From positions 16,779 to 80,778 of the forward strand of contig JAKJGQ010000001.1 in the NCBI GenBank assembly GCA_022704305.1: 64,000 nucleotides of DNA, read 5' to 3'. Under the pieces are notes generated by a model, which was not told the origin of the DNA, made no database searches, and saw nothing but the letters and a program-made list of their open reading frames with translations. How positions within the stretch are numbered: position 1 is the first letter of the stretch; each line of letters starts with the position of its first letter. The translations under genes and the position numbers were made by a program. The DNA is from Thermotogota bacterium (GTDB taxonomy: Bacteria; Thermotogota; Thermotogae; Petrotogales; Petrotogaceae). This document shows positions 48,203 through 58,261 of the stretch, piece by piece.

Positions 48203-49069
48203 ATGAATAAAAGAGAGATAAAAAATAATTCTAAAAATGTTATGGTAGTTTGTGTAGCTTGTTTTTCAATTCTCATCCTAGTAATGATTTTTGGCTTTAT
48301 AATAAAGGAATCACTGCCTGCAATAAGCAGTGAAGGTTTTAAGCTTTTTAGCGGAATGTTATGGTATCCAACTCATTCAGAACCGGAGTATGGTCTTGCT
48401 GCAATGTTTATAGGTTCTTTGCTTATAACGCTACTCACAGCAGTTATTGTTCTTCCGCTAGGCTATATAATTGCTTTTTTTATGTACGGGTATGCCATGC
48501 CTTGGGAAAAAAATATAATAAAATCCTCAATAGATCTCCTTTCAGGAGTTCCTTCAGTTATTATAGGCTCTTTTTTGCTTGTATATGTCGCACCTATATT
48601 TTTTAAATTGGGAGCATGGTCAAGGGAAAACATCCTTCTTGGGGCAGTAGGTCTTACCATACTTTCACTGCCTTATACAGCTTCTCTTATGGAAGAAGCT
48701 ATGAGCTCTGTTGACAAATCCATGAAAGAAGGGGCACTCGCCTTGGGAGCAACCAAGTTCAGGGCAGGATTTTCGGTTATCTCAAAAGCCGCTATGCCTG
48801 GTTTGATGAATGCAGTTATCCTAACTTTGAACAGAATAATAGGAGAAACTATGGTAGTGCTTATGGCAAGCGGAGGTGCAGCAATAATTCCAATGTCTTT
48901 ATGGGATCCGGTTCGTCCTCTTACTGCTGCAATTGCTAGTGAAATGGGAGAAGTAGAATTGGGAAGCATTCATTATTCTTCTCTTTTTGCCGCAGGTCTT
49001 GTGCTTTTAACCATCTCTTTTATTCTGACGTTAATATCCAAGAAAATATCCCGGAGGAGTTCAAAATGA
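48203..49069 (+). CDS. pstC: phosphate ABC transporter permease PstC
   Basis: 6-TM ABC permease with an EAA-like loop. Operon position between pstS and pstA. Confidence 0.85.
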   Translation: MNKREIKNNSKNVMVVCVACFSILILVMIFGFIIKESLPAISSEGFKLFSGMLWYPTHSEPEYGLAAMFIGSLLITLLTAVIVLPLGYIIAFFMYGYAMPWEKNIIKSSIDLLSGVPSVIIGSFLLVYVAPIFFKLGAWSRENILLGAVGLTILSLPYTASLMEEAMSSVDKSMKEGALALGATKFRAGFSVISKAAMPGLMNAVILTLNRIIGETMVVLMASGGAAIIPMSLWDPVRPLTAAIASEMGEVELGSIHYSSLFAAGLVLLTISFILTLISKKISRRSSK

Positions 49070-49899
49070 AAAGAGACATAGCAATTTCCATTATATTTAG
49101 AGTTATCAGTTATGCTGCATTTCTAGTTGTAATAGCAATATTTCTTACCTTCATACTTGAAGGCTTTATGTACTTTTCTCCTGAATTTTTTACCCAGTTT
49201 CCACAGATGGGAATGACAAAGGGAGGTATATTTCCGGCAATAGTCGGTTCTGTATCAGTACTGATGATAAGTCTTGCGGTGGCAATTCCCCTTGGTGTTT
49301 TTACAGGAGTATTTCTTTCGGAGTATGCAGGAAAAGGTTTTTTTTCAAAGATTGTTGATACATCAATAACTGCTCTTTCAGGAGTTCCTTCAATAGTGTA
49401 CGGACTGTTCGGTTTATCTATTTTTTGCATTACGTTAGGGTTCAGAACCTCTATACTTTCAGGAAGCCTAACACTTGCAATAATGACACTGCCTGTTATC
49501 TCATCATCGGTACGCGAAGCTCTTCAAGCTGTTCCCAGAGAACTGCGTGAGTCAGCCTATGCATTGGGCGCAAAAAAGTCTGAGGTGGTTTTTAAGGTTG
49601 TGCTTGTTGCGGCAAAAGAACGTATAATAACTGCAGTATTGATAGGAGGCGGTAGGGTTATAGGGGAAACAGCACCTATACTTCTTACAGGAGCAATATT
49701 TTACTCTACAATGATGCCTAAAGGGATACTCGATCCAGTAATGACTTTGCCGTCACATATATACTACATTACAATGGCTTATGGTCAATCTGCACAGTGG
49801 ATGGCTAAAGGCGCATCAGCATTTCTTATGATTTTTATTCTGATTATATATTCAACGGCTTTCTACATAAGGAGGAAGATTAGCAATGCCCATAAATGA
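49066..49899 (+). CDS. pstA: phosphate ABC transporter permease PstA
   Basis: Second permease, with 4-nt overlaps to both neighbours. Confidence 0.85.
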   Translation: MKRDIAISIIFRVISYAAFLVVIAIFLTFILEGFMYFSPEFFTQFPQMGMTKGGIFPAIVGSVSVLMISLAVAIPLGVFTGVFLSEYAGKGFFSKIVDTSITALSGVPSIVYGLFGLSIFCITLGFRTSILSGSLTLAIMTLPVISSSVREALQAVPRELRESAYALGAKKSEVVFKVVLVAAKERIITAVLIGGGRVIGETAPILLTGAIFYSTMMPKGILDPVMTLPSHIYYITMAYGQSAQWMAKGASAFLMIFILIIYSTAFYIRRKISNAHK

Positions 49900-50662
49900 T
49901 GATAAACCAAGTATAGTGATATCAGTAAGGAACTTCAATGCTTATTATTCTGATAAAAAAGCTCTTAAAGAGATAAATCTTGACTTTTACAAGAATAAAA
50001 TCACAGCTATAATTGGGCCTTCCGGATGCGGAAAGTCGACACTTCTGCGTAGTATAAACAGAATGAACGATGAGATTGCCGGTTTCAGAACCGAAGGAGA
50101 AATTTTGTATAACGGTAAGAACGTTAACGATAAGAAGCTGGATCTTACACTATACAGGAAAAATGTCGGAATGGTTTTCCAGAAGCCTACGCCTTTTCCT
50201 ATGTCTATATACGATAATGTATCTTTTGGTCCAAGAATACACGGTATTAAAAATAAATCTAAAATTGAGGATATTGTTGAAAGCTCACTCAAAAAAGCAG
50301 CGCTCTGGGAAGAGGTAAAGGATGAGCTTCACAAGTCGGCATTGTCACTTTCAGGTGGGCAGCAGCAAAGGCTGTGCATTGCGAGAGCTCTTGCGGTCGA
50401 CCCTGAGGTAATCCTTCTGGATGAACCAACATCTGCGCTTGACCCTATAGCGACGCAAAAGATAGAAATCCTTCTCGAAGAATTATCACAGAATTATAGT
50501 ATAATTATAGTCACACATAACTTATCACAGGCTGTAAGAATATCTGATTATATGGCATATATGTTTCAGGGTGACCTTATTGAGTATGACAGTACATCCA
50601 AGATAATAAGATCGCCCAAAAACGAATTGACCGAACAGTATCTTACAGGAAGAATAGGTTAA
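49886..50662 (+). CDS. pstB: phosphate ABC transporter ATP-binding protein PstB
   Basis: Walker [10 protein letters not shown], signature [14 protein letters not shown] and Walker B ILLDEPT. Confidence 0.9.
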   Translation: MPINDDKPSIVISVRNFNAYYSDKKALKEINLDFYKNKITAIIGPSGCGKSTLLRSINRMNDEIAGFRTEGEILYNGKNVNDKKLDLTLYRKNVGMVFQKPTPFPMSIYDNVSFGPRIHGIKNKSKIEDIVESSLKKAALWEEVKDELHKSALSLSGGQQQRLCIARALAVDPEVILLDEPTSALDPIATQKIEILLEELSQNYSIIIVTHNLSQAVRISDYMAYMFQGDLIEYDSTSKIIRSPKNELTEQYLTGRIG

Positions 50663-50674
50663 GCGGAGGTTCTT

Positions 50675-51337
50675 ATGGAAAATACCAGACATTATGATAA
50701 TGAAATGCTTTTTTTAAGAGCTGAAGTATCAAAAATGCTTTCTTTGGTTCTGGAGTCTTTTGAGCTTGCTGTAAAATCCCTTGAAGACGTCGATACATTT
50801 ATAGCTGATAAAGTTATAGCTGGAGACGATACCATTGATGATCTTAACAGGCAGATAGAGGAAACTGTATACATGATAGTGGCAAGATACAGCCCGCAAT
50901 CTAAAGATCTGAGATATGCTATGACGATGGTGAAATTTGCAAACAATCTTGAGCGCATTGCTGATCTTTCGTGTAATATTGCTGAAATGACAAAAGATAT
51001 TTATGAAAAAAATATCAAAATAAATCTTATTAAAGACATAAAAAGGATGTTTGGAATATGTCTTCAGATGATAAAGGATACGTACGAAGCTTTCGGAGGC
51101 AAGAATATTAAGCTTGCCATTGAAGTGTGGCGAAGAGATAACGATATTGACAATCTCGAAAAAATAGTAAACAGCAGTGTAATAGACGGAATCTGCAACG
51201 AACAGTTCGATAAACGTTTAGCTATACTTTATATTCTTCTTGCCAGAGACCTTGAAAGAATAGCCGATCATTCCACGAATCTATGTGAAGAGATAATATA
51301 TATAGAAACAGGTAAAGATATAGACGAATTTATATGA
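50675..51337 (+). CDS. phoU: phosphate signalling regulator PhoU
   Basis: Two PhoU repeats with E/D..D..E metal-binding motifs (ERIADLSCNIAE; ERIADHSTNLCE). Confidence 0.85.
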   Translation: MENTRHYDNEMLFLRAEVSKMLSLVLESFELAVKSLEDVDTFIADKVIAGDDTIDDLNRQIEETVYMIVARYSPQSKDLRYAMTMVKFANNLERIADLSCNIAEMTKDIYEKNIKINLIKDIKRMFGICLQMIKDTYEAFGGKNIKLAIEVWRRDNDIDNLEKIVNSSVIDGICNEQFDKRLAILYILLARDLERIADHSTNLCEEIIYIETGKDIDEFI

Positions 51338-51356
51338 ATGAAAACAGGAAGCTCTT

Positions 51357-52037
51357 ATGGCATCAGTTTTAATAGTTGAGGATGATGAAGATATAAGAGA
51401 TATTCTCAAAACCTATCTTACAATAGAAAAAATAGATGTATTTGAAGCAGATTCTCTAAATGAAATGAGAGAAAAATTAAAAAAATTTGCTGTCGATCTT
51501 ATTCTTCTGGATATAATGCTTGCTGACGGTGATTCAATTGACGAACTTCCAAATATAAGAGCAAAGTATCCTGAAATAGGTGTAATAATAGTTTCTGCGA
51601 AAGGAACAGACAGAGACAAAATATTCGGTATAGAGTCCGGTGCCGATGACTATGTAACCAAGCCATTTAATCCCAGAGAAGTTGTTGCAAGAGTAAGGGC
51701 GCTTCTGAAGAGAACTAAAAAAGAAAATGATGTTCTTAAGTTCGGAAGCCTTGAGATATACCCGAATAATTATTCTGTAAAATATAAAACTGAAGTTATA
51801 GAACTTACGGGTAAAGAGTTTGAAGTTCTACATCTTCTTGCACGTAATCCGGATAGGATATTCTCTAGAGAAGAGATTATAGATAAGGTCTGGTATGATG
51901 ATGACTATATAACAGACAGAGTGGTTGATGTGCATATAAGCATGATACGCTCAAAAATCAAAAAGGATTGGATAAAAACTGTAAGAAACGTAGGATACCG
52001 CTTTAATAAAGATGCTGATATCTTTGAGGAAGAGTGA
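51357..52037 (+). CDS. phoB: OmpR-family response regulator (PhoB/PhoP-like)
   Basis: Receiver Asp (LLDIML) and winged-helix domain. Located directly after phoU. Confidence 0.8.
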   Translation: MASVLIVEDDEDIRDILKTYLTIEKIDVFEADSLNEMREKLKKFAVDLILLDIMLADGDSIDELPNIRAKYPEIGVIIVSAKGTDRDKIFGIESGADDYVTKPFNPREVVARVRALLKRTKKENDVLKFGSLEIYPNNYSVKYKTEVIELTGKEFEVLHLLARNPDRIFSREEIIDKVWYDDDYITDRVVDVHISMIRSKIKKDWIKTVRNVGYRFNKDADIFEEE

Positions 52038-52998
52038 TATAATGCCGGTAAACATGAATGAACTTGACATGATATCTGAAGCGCTTATCAAACTTGATCG
52101 TATGAATGTTCAAGAGTTTAACTTAAAGGCAGCGGAATACGGCTTTGAAAAAAATAAGGACTTGTTAAGCACGTTTACATTCAATCAGATTGAAGAGCTT
52201 ACTCAGGCTATCATAGATCATAAAGCATTTACTGTTGACAGTTACATATACTTTTTCAACGGGAACAGTAAATATTGTAACGTCTTATATAAACCACAGT
52301 ATAATCTGCTTTTTATAACAGATAAAACTGATTTTGAACTTCTTAAGAAAGTAAAATCTGATTTTGTTACTTCTATTTCGCATGAGCTACGGACTCCGCT
52401 TTCAGTTGCAAAGGGCAATATACAAATGCTCAGAGACATTCAGGAAGATGAAAAGTATGTACAGAATATAAAAAAGGTTGAAAAGTCTATCTCCAAGATT
52501 GAAAACATAATATCACAGCTTACAATGCTTTCTATGGCAGAATTAGGGTTGTACTCTCCAAAAATAGATATATTTGATCCGGTAAAGCTTTATGAGGAAA
52601 TTTACTCGGATATGGAAGGAAAACTCAACGCAAAAAAGATAACAGTTGGTTTTGAATGTACATCGCCTGTTATGAAAGAAGACAGATTCATTATATATAC
52701 GATACTGCGCAATCTTATGTCTAATGCAATAAAATATTCGTATGATAATTCAAAAATAGAAGTATATATAAGCGATAAAAACTTAGTTGTAAGAGATTTT
52801 GGCATAGGAATAAGAAAAGAGGAGTTTCCAAGAATTTTTGAAAGGTTCTTCAGAGGAGTAGAAGCAGTAAAAGTTGCAAAAGGTTCCGGTTTGGGTCTTG
52901 CTGTAGTAAAACATCTTTGCGATCTAAGCGGATTTAAGATAAAAGCGGAATCGAAATGGATGGTAGGCAGTTATTTTGAAGTTGTTTTTAAAGACTAA
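52012..52998 (+). CDS. phoR: histidine kinase (PhoR-like) without a recognisable membrane anchor
   Basis: H-box SHELRTPL and an HATPase_c domain with N, G1 and G2 boxes. No hydrophobic segment in the first 120 residues. Confidence 0.75.
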   Translation: MLISLRKSDIMPVNMNELDMISEALIKLDRMNVQEFNLKAAEYGFEKNKDLLSTFTFNQIEELTQAIIDHKAFTVDSYIYFFNGNSKYCNVLYKPQYNLLFITDKTDFELLKKVKSDFVTSISHELRTPLSVAKGNIQMLRDIQEDEKYVQNIKKVEKSISKIENIISQLTMLSMAELGLYSPKIDIFDPVKLYEEIYSDMEGKLNAKKITVGFECTSPVMKEDRFIIYTILRNLMSNAIKYSYDNSKIEVYISDKNLVVRDFGIGIRKEEFPRIFERFFRGVEAVKVAKGSGLGLAVVKHLCDLSGFKIKAESKWMVGSYFEVVFKD

Positions 52999-53053
52999 TG
53001 TTAAGTTAGGTAAAAAAGATGTAAAAATATGTTCTGGAACAGAAAAATGCTGA

Positions 53054-53122
53054 TATAATAGTTACTGTAACATAAAACCCGCTCCCGGAAAGGGAGCCTA
53101 TAGTCCGTGGGAGGAGGTAAGC
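53054..53122 (+). promoter_or_regulatory. rpsF promoter (extended -10 TGaTATAAT) and structured leader
   Basis: TGATATAAT at about 53051-53059. A GCTCCC-ggaaa-GGGAGC hairpin at about 53081-53097 is followed by the SD GGAGGAGG. This fits the conserved rpsF leader bound by the S6:S18 complex. Confidence 0.45.
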
Positions 53123-53515
53123 ATGGCAAAAGCAAGGATTTATGAGCTCATGTTCATAATAAGAACAGATTTGGCTCAGGAGAAAAGAGATGAGTTGGTT
53201 GAAAAAGTAAAAGGTTGGGTAACAGAAAGAGTAGGAGGTACGTTTGATTCATTTACAAGGTGGGGTATACGAAAACTTGCGTTCAGAACGCAGCTCAATC
53301 TTACAGACGGTGATTACAGCTGGTGTATCTTCAGGGCTGATCCGGATAAGGTCAATGAGCTTTCAGGACTTATGAACGTTACTCCCGAAATATTCAGATA
53401 TCAGTTCTTCAGAAGAGAAGATCTTGAAAAGAATGAAAAAAAGAAAACTCAGAATATAACAGTTGAAGAACCGGTAAAAGTTGAGAACAGTGAACAGACT
53501 CCGATCGGAGAATAA
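53123..53515 (+). CDS. rpsF: 30S ribosomal protein S6
   Basis: S6 fold N-terminus (YELMFIIRTDL) with an acidic C-terminal tail. Confidence 0.9.
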   Translation: MAKARIYELMFIIRTDLAQEKRDELVEKVKGWVTERVGGTFDSFTRWGIRKLAFRTQLNLTDGDYSWCIFRADPDKVNELSGLMNVTPEIFRYQFFRREDLEKNEKKKTQNITVEEPVKVENSEQTPIGE

Positions 53516-53517
53516 GT

Positions 53518-54072
53518 ATGGCTATTTCATTTAATAAAGTGATATTGGTTGGTAGACTTACAAGAGATCCCGAAATAAGATCTACTGTTAGTGGGACAAG
53601 GGTTGCCAATTTTAGCCTGGCCGTAGATAGAGGATACCGTAAAAACGAAAACAGCGATTCTGTAAACACGGATTTTTTTAGAATTGTGGCTTTTAATACT
53701 TTAGCGGATTTTGCCTCTACATACCTTAAAAAAGGTAGGCTTGTTCTTGTTGAAGGAAGTTTAAGAATAAACAAGTATAAAGACAAGAACGATATATCAC
53801 GTGAATCAGTAGAAGTCTGGGCAAGTTCGGTTACTTTTATGGAAAGCAAGAAAGATAATGCTTATACCGATGGTTATGCGGAAATAACCAACAGTGACAT
53901 AAATGTTGAACAGGCAAGCCATTCTTCTGTTTCGTATGGAAATTCAAAGAAGATTGAAAGTATAGATGACGATATAATTTCGAACGATATACCTGAATTT
54001 GATATATTTAATGATCTTAAGGAAAATATTGCGAACGATGATAAACCAGATATTGGAGGTGGAAAACGATGA
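53518..54072 (+). CDS. ssb: single-stranded DNA-binding protein
   Basis: OB-fold with conserved blocks (VILVGRLTRDPEIR, F..VAFN). A C-terminal region contains NDIPEF but the protein ends in GGGKR. Confidence 0.85.
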   Translation: MAISFNKVILVGRLTRDPEIRSTVSGTRVANFSLAVDRGYRKNENSDSVNTDFFRIVAFNTLADFASTYLKKGRLVLVEGSLRINKYKDKNDISRESVEVWASSVTFMESKKDNAYTDGYAEITNSDINVEQASHSSVSYGNSKKIESIDDDIISNDIPEFDIFNDLKENIANDDKPDIGGGKR

Positions 54073-54299
54073 CTTTTATAAGAAAAAGGAAGATGCCGAA
54101 TAAAAAATGTAAATTGTGTGCAATGAAGATTCAGTATATAGATTACAAAGACCTCAACATGCTAGGAGATTTTGTAAGTGAAAAGGGCAAGATAATGCCC
54201 AAGAGGATAAACGGAAACTGTGCCAAACATCAGAGAATGGTAAGAAATGCTGTTCAGAGGGCAAGGCACATGTGTCTGGTTCCTTATACCAAAGATTAA
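54069..54299 (+). CDS. rpsR: 30S ribosomal protein S18
   Basis: S18 conserved core (DYKDLNMLGDFVSEKGKIMPKRINGNCAKHQR). ATGA overlap with ssb. Confidence 0.9.
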   Translation: MTFIRKRKMPNKKCKLCAMKIQYIDYKDLNMLGDFVSEKGKIMPKRINGNCAKHQRMVRNAVQRARHMCLVPYTKD

Positions 54300-54362
54300 T
54301 TGTTGGGGGGCTTTTTGCCTCCCATTTATTTTATGGTAAAATATTAATGGAGGTGGATTACA

Positions 54363-54812
54363 ATGAAAGTTTTGCTTATAAAGGATTTACCTAAAGTCGG
54401 TAAAAAAGGAGAGGTCATAGAAGTATCAGATGGATACGGGAGAAACTTTCTTATTGGCAAAGGATACGCAACAAAGGCTGATGAGGGTGAAGTCAGGCAT
54501 TTCCAAAATCTTAAAGAATCAGAGGAAAAGCGCAAAGAACAACAGAAAAAGAAGAATGAAGTAATGATTTCCGAGCTTCAAAAGAACTGTTATGAAATAA
54601 AAGTAAAAGCCGGAGAAAACGGTAAACTTTTTGGTGCTGTTACAGCCAACGATGTGGCTCTTTGCATAAAGAATAAATGTGGTATAGAGTTTGATAAAAA
54701 TGATTTTGATGAAAAAATAAATATAAAAGAGATCGGAACATACAGAATAAAAATAAAATTTTCTCAGGGAGTACGAGGAGAAATTGCTCTGAAAATACTT
54801 CCGCTTTCATGA
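54363..54812 (+). CDS. rplI: 50S ribosomal protein L9
   Basis: L9 N-domain MKVLLIKDLPKVGKKGEVIEVSDGYGRNFL. Confidence 0.9.
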   Translation: MKVLLIKDLPKVGKKGEVIEVSDGYGRNFLIGKGYATKADEGEVRHFQNLKESEEKRKEQQKKKNEVMISELQKNCYEIKVKAGENGKLFGAVTANDVALCIKNKCGIEFDKNDFDEKINIKEIGTYRIKIKFSQGVRGEIALKILPLS

Positions 54813-54825
54813 ATGGAGGTATATT

Positions 54826-55656
54826 TTGGAATTTATTATTCAATCTAAAGCTCTGTATTCAACATGGGTATACTATAAACCGAATAGGATACTTTTTGAT
54901 TGCGGAGAAGGGATAAGCGAGTTTTTAGGAAATAAGATATATGGAATTGACAGCATATATATTACTCATTCTCATATTGACCATATATCAGGGTTATGGG
55001 GACTGGTTAATATAAGGAACAATGGAATGGGTAGCCGGGAAAAACCCTTACAAATATACTATCCTAGCGGTGCACGTCAGTTTGAAGAGTATATGACATT
55101 TATATTTAAAATGAACAAGAGACTGCGGTATGATATAATAACTACGCCGCTTGAGCTTTCTCAAACTGTTTCTATAAGCCCAAGCAGATATATAAAACCT
55201 TTTCGTACAAAACATACGCCTGGCGAGACTTCTTACGGTTTTCAGATAATTGAAATCAGAAACAGACTTAAAGAAGCATATAGGAGTCTCAGCCAGGAAG
55301 AAATAAAAAAGAATGTTGAGCTTCTTGGAAAAGCAGCAATTACTGAAAATTACGAATCCAAAGTACTTACATTGAGTGGCGATAGTCTGGCAATTCCGAC
55401 CGAATGTGCTCTGGGCAGCGAAATCCTTATTCACGAATGCACTTTTTTCAATGAAAATGACAGGAAAATAAGGAATCATACTTCTTTGCGTGAGTTGACA
55501 GAACTAATATCCAAAACACACCCTAAAAGAGTTATAATATATCATATATCCAGCCGATATGAAAGGATTCTTTTGAAAAAAGAAAAAGAACTCAAAGAAC
55601 TTTTTCCTGAGATCGATATAGTGATGATAAAAACTCAGGGAGTAACTGAAATATAA
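54826..55656 (+). CDS. rnz: MBL-fold metallo-hydrolase, short-form RNase Z-like
   Basis: HxHxDH motif (THSHIDH), about 276 aa, with a C-terminal His. Consistent with tRNA 3' processing RNase Z, but this is not proven. Confidence 0.5.
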   Translation: MEFIIQSKALYSTWVYYKPNRILFDCGEGISEFLGNKIYGIDSIYITHSHIDHISGLWGLVNIRNNGMGSREKPLQIYYPSGARQFEEYMTFIFKMNKRLRYDIITTPLELSQTVSISPSRYIKPFRTKHTPGETSYGFQIIEIRNRLKEAYRSLSQEEIKKNVELLGKAAITENYESKVLTLSGDSLAIPTECALGSEILIHECTFFNENDRKIRNHTSLRELTELISKTHPKRVIIYHISSRYERILLKKEKELKELFPEIDIVMIKTQGVTEI

Positions 55657-55668
55657 GGGGGCATAAGT

Positions 55669-56103
55669 ATGGCTGACTGGACCTTGTGGTTGTTGTTTTC
55701 AGTAGTCCTTGCAATAGTAGAGCTTATTACACCTACATTTTTTCTTTTATGGTTCTCAATAGGTGCTTTGGCAGCATGTATAAGTTCAGTTTTCATAGTT
55801 CATGATTATGTGAACGTGATAATTTTTCTGACAATCTCCATATTGTTATGGCTTTCAACACGCAAAATTGTTAAGAAGCTCTCTAAAACTGAATCTCCTA
55901 AGACTTTATATCAGGATGATATTCAGGGAAAAACTGCAAAGATAAAATCTGTAAGTGATGACGGAAGTTTCATAGTAACTGTATTGGGTGAAGAGTGGAA
56001 GGCATTGGCTGTTAACTCTTCGGAAAAACAGGAAATGGCATGTGGCTCAATAGTAAAAGTTATAAAAAGAGAAAGTAACATTCTTTATATACAGAGACTT
56101 TAA
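55669..56103 (+). CDS. NfeD-like membrane protein (partner of an SPFH protein)
   Basis: N-terminal TM helices plus a C-terminal OB-fold-like beta domain. Immediately upstream of the SPFH gene. Confidence 0.7.
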   Translation: MADWTLWLLFSVVLAIVELITPTFFLLWFSIGALAACISSVFIVHDYVNVIIFLTISILLWLSTRKIVKKLSKTESPKTLYQDDIQGKTAKIKSVSDDGSFIVTVLGEEWKALAVNSSEKQEMACGSIVKVIKRESNILYIQRL

Positions 56104-56118
56104 AGGGGGTAAAAGAGT

Positions 56119-57027
56119 ATGCTGATAGCCTTGGCGATAGTTATTGTCCTGATTTTTATCCTTGTTGCAAACAGTCTGAGGATTATAAGACCTTATGAGA
56201 AAGGTCTTGTTGAAAGGCTTGGAAAGTTTAACAGGGAGATAGGACCTGGTCTTAACGTTATTGTTCCATTCATAGAAAGAGTTCTTAAGCTTGACCTTCG
56301 TGAGATGGTTATAGATGTTCCTCCCCAGGAAGTTATAACCAAAGATAATGTTATAGTTACTGTCGATGCAGTAATATATTATCAGGTTACTGAAGCTTTC
56401 AGAGTTATTTACAATGTTGGCAATTTCGAAATAGCAGCAATTAAACTTGCTCAAACCAATTTGAGAAACGTTATTGGTGAGCTGGAACTTGACCAGACAC
56501 TTACATCCAGAGAAAGAATAAACACAAAGTTGAGAGAAGTTCTTGATGAAGCAACCGATAAATGGGGTGTAAAGGTTACAAGAGTTGAAATCAAAAAGAT
56601 AGATCCTCCTAACGACATCATGGAAGCCATGAGCAGACAGATGAAAGCCGAAAGAACCAAGAGAGCGTCCATACTTGAGGCTGAAGGATATAAACAGTCA
56701 GAAATACTTAAAGCTGAAGGCGATAAAACCGCAGCTATACTTAAAGCAGAAGGAGAAGCCGAGTCCAAAAAAAGAGTGGCCGAAGCTGAAAGATTCAAGC
56801 TTATTGCCGAAGCAGAAGGCCAGGCACAGGCTATTATTTCTGTTTTTAAATCTATTCATGAAGGTAATCCAACCAAAGATATTATTACCATAAAGTATCT
56901 TGAAGCACTTAAAGAGATGTCTCAGGGCAGTGCAACAAAAATATTTATGCCTTATGAAGTATCTGGTATACTTTCCGGTGTTGCGGCCATGCTGGAAACC
57001 AACAAAACAGAACCTGAAAAGAAATAA
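56119..57027 (+). CDS. SPFH/band-7 (stomatin/prohibitin-like) protein
   Basis: N-terminal TM anchor, SPFH domain, and a coiled-coil with A/E/K-rich repeats ([23 protein letters not shown]). Confidence 0.85.
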   Translation: MLIALAIVIVLIFILVANSLRIIRPYEKGLVERLGKFNREIGPGLNVIVPFIERVLKLDLREMVIDVPPQEVITKDNVIVTVDAVIYYQVTEAFRVIYNVGNFEIAAIKLAQTNLRNVIGELELDQTLTSRERINTKLREVLDEATDKWGVKVTRVEIKKIDPPNDIMEAMSRQMKAERTKRASILEAEGYKQSEILKAEGDKTAAILKAEGEAESKKRVAEAERFKLIAEAEGQAQAIISVFKSIHEGNPTKDIITIKYLEALKEMSQGSATKIFMPYEVSGILSGVAAMLETNKTEPEKK

Positions 57028-57036
57028 AAAACAAAA

Positions 57037-57552
57037 ATGAGTCTTTTAGTATCTTTAATAGTAAATTTTCTCTCTGCAGTACTATCTTATTATCTTATAC
57101 AGGATCTTATACTTAAAAATATCAAGATACCAGATTTTCTAGAATTTTTTAACAGCTACGGACTTATGTCCGTAGTTTTGTTATTGTTTTATTTAAAGAA
57201 TAGGTATCAAATTTTTCTTTTTGAAGGAGTTATCTTACTGGTTTTTCTTCTTTATTATCTGAGATCTTATAATGCGGCTAGAAAAAAATTTCATGAAAAG
57301 TTTAAGGCTATGATACTTTCTTTTGGATATACTCGTGAGGGATACTTTGATGTTTTCCTTTCAAAAAAACTTCTGATAAGAGGAGTTGAATCATTTTTCT
57401 TCGGTTTGGGAGTTTACTATATGTTTGATAGCTTTTTCAGACAGTTTCTAATGCAGAGTAATCTGCATACAATTGTTTTTTGCAGTATTCTTTTTGCTGC
57501 AGCTGCACAGGTAAAAAATAACAAGGGATTAAAAATATATAAAAATAATTAA
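57037..57552 (+). CDS. membrane protein (unknown function)
   Basis: 4-5 hydrophobic helices. No recognisable motif. Confidence 0.45.
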   Translation: MSLLVSLIVNFLSAVLSYYLIQDLILKNIKIPDFLEFFNSYGLMSVVLLLFYLKNRYQIFLFEGVILLVFLLYYLRSYNAARKKFHEKFKAMILSFGYTREGYFDVFLSKKLLIRGVESFFFGLGVYYMFDSFFRQFLMQSNLHTIVFCSILFAAAAQVKNNKGLKIYKNN

Positions 57553-57571
57553 AATTTCAGGAGGTAAATTC

Positions 57572-58252
57572 ATGGATAGGCTGCTCGATAAAAAAACAAG
57601 TGAACAAGTCGGTGAACTTTTAAACAAGATGACCGGTAAAGTCGAAATAATAGTTTTCAAAGGCAACAATGAATTTTCAGCGGTTGCTGAACAGCTTTTT
57701 ACAGAAATATCCCAAATAACAGATAAAGTAAAGGTTATTTCTTATGATATAACCTCTCCGGTATCAGATGAGTTTGAAATAGATAAATTACTTACTCCAG
57801 CAAGCGTAATGCTTGATTCTCAAGGAAATGACAGAGGAGTAAGATTTTACGGAATTCCTTCAGGCCATGAATTCTCCACTCTTCTTCAGGATTTGCTTGC
57901 CATGTCTAAAAACGGTGAAGTAGAATTTTCCCAAAAAAATATCGATAGAATAAAAACAATAGATAAGAAAGTAAGAATAAGAGTTTTTGTAACTCCTACA
58001 TGTCCATACTGCCCTAAGGCTGTTATATCAGCCCATCAGACGGCCATGGCAAACTCAGAAATGGTTGTGGCTGAAATGTTTGAAGCTAATGAATTCGGAA
58101 ACGAATCTCAGAAATATAATGTAAGTTCGGTTCCACATACTATAATTGAGGTAAAAGAAAACGATGGTTGGGTGAAAACAGGAGAGTTTATAGGTGCTTA
58201 TCCAGAAGATAACTATATTTCTGAGCTTATGCAGGCAATAGATACCAAATGA
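57572..58252 (+). CDS. glutaredoxin-like protein disulfide oxidoreductase (two thioredoxin-fold units)
   Basis: CPYCP active site in the C-terminal unit and a degenerate N-terminal Trx fold. Located directly upstream of trxB. Confidence 0.75.
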   Translation: MDRLLDKKTSEQVGELLNKMTGKVEIIVFKGNNEFSAVAEQLFTEISQITDKVKVISYDITSPVSDEFEIDKLLTPASVMLDSQGNDRGVRFYGIPSGHEFSTLLQDLLAMSKNGEVEFSQKNIDRIKTIDKKVRIRVFVTPTCPYCPKAVISAHQTAMANSEMVVAEMFEANEFGNESQKYNVSSVPHTIIEVKENDGWVKTGEFIGAYPEDNYISELMQAIDTK

Positions 58253-58261
58253 GGTGAATAG

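Noticed and set aside
54299-54363. Terminator or attenuator between rpsR and rplI (GGGGGC-ttttt-GCCTCCC)
   Set aside because: The arms are not properly complementary (a C-C mismatch and a G-U pair), so any hairpin would be weak. It is not reported as a feature.
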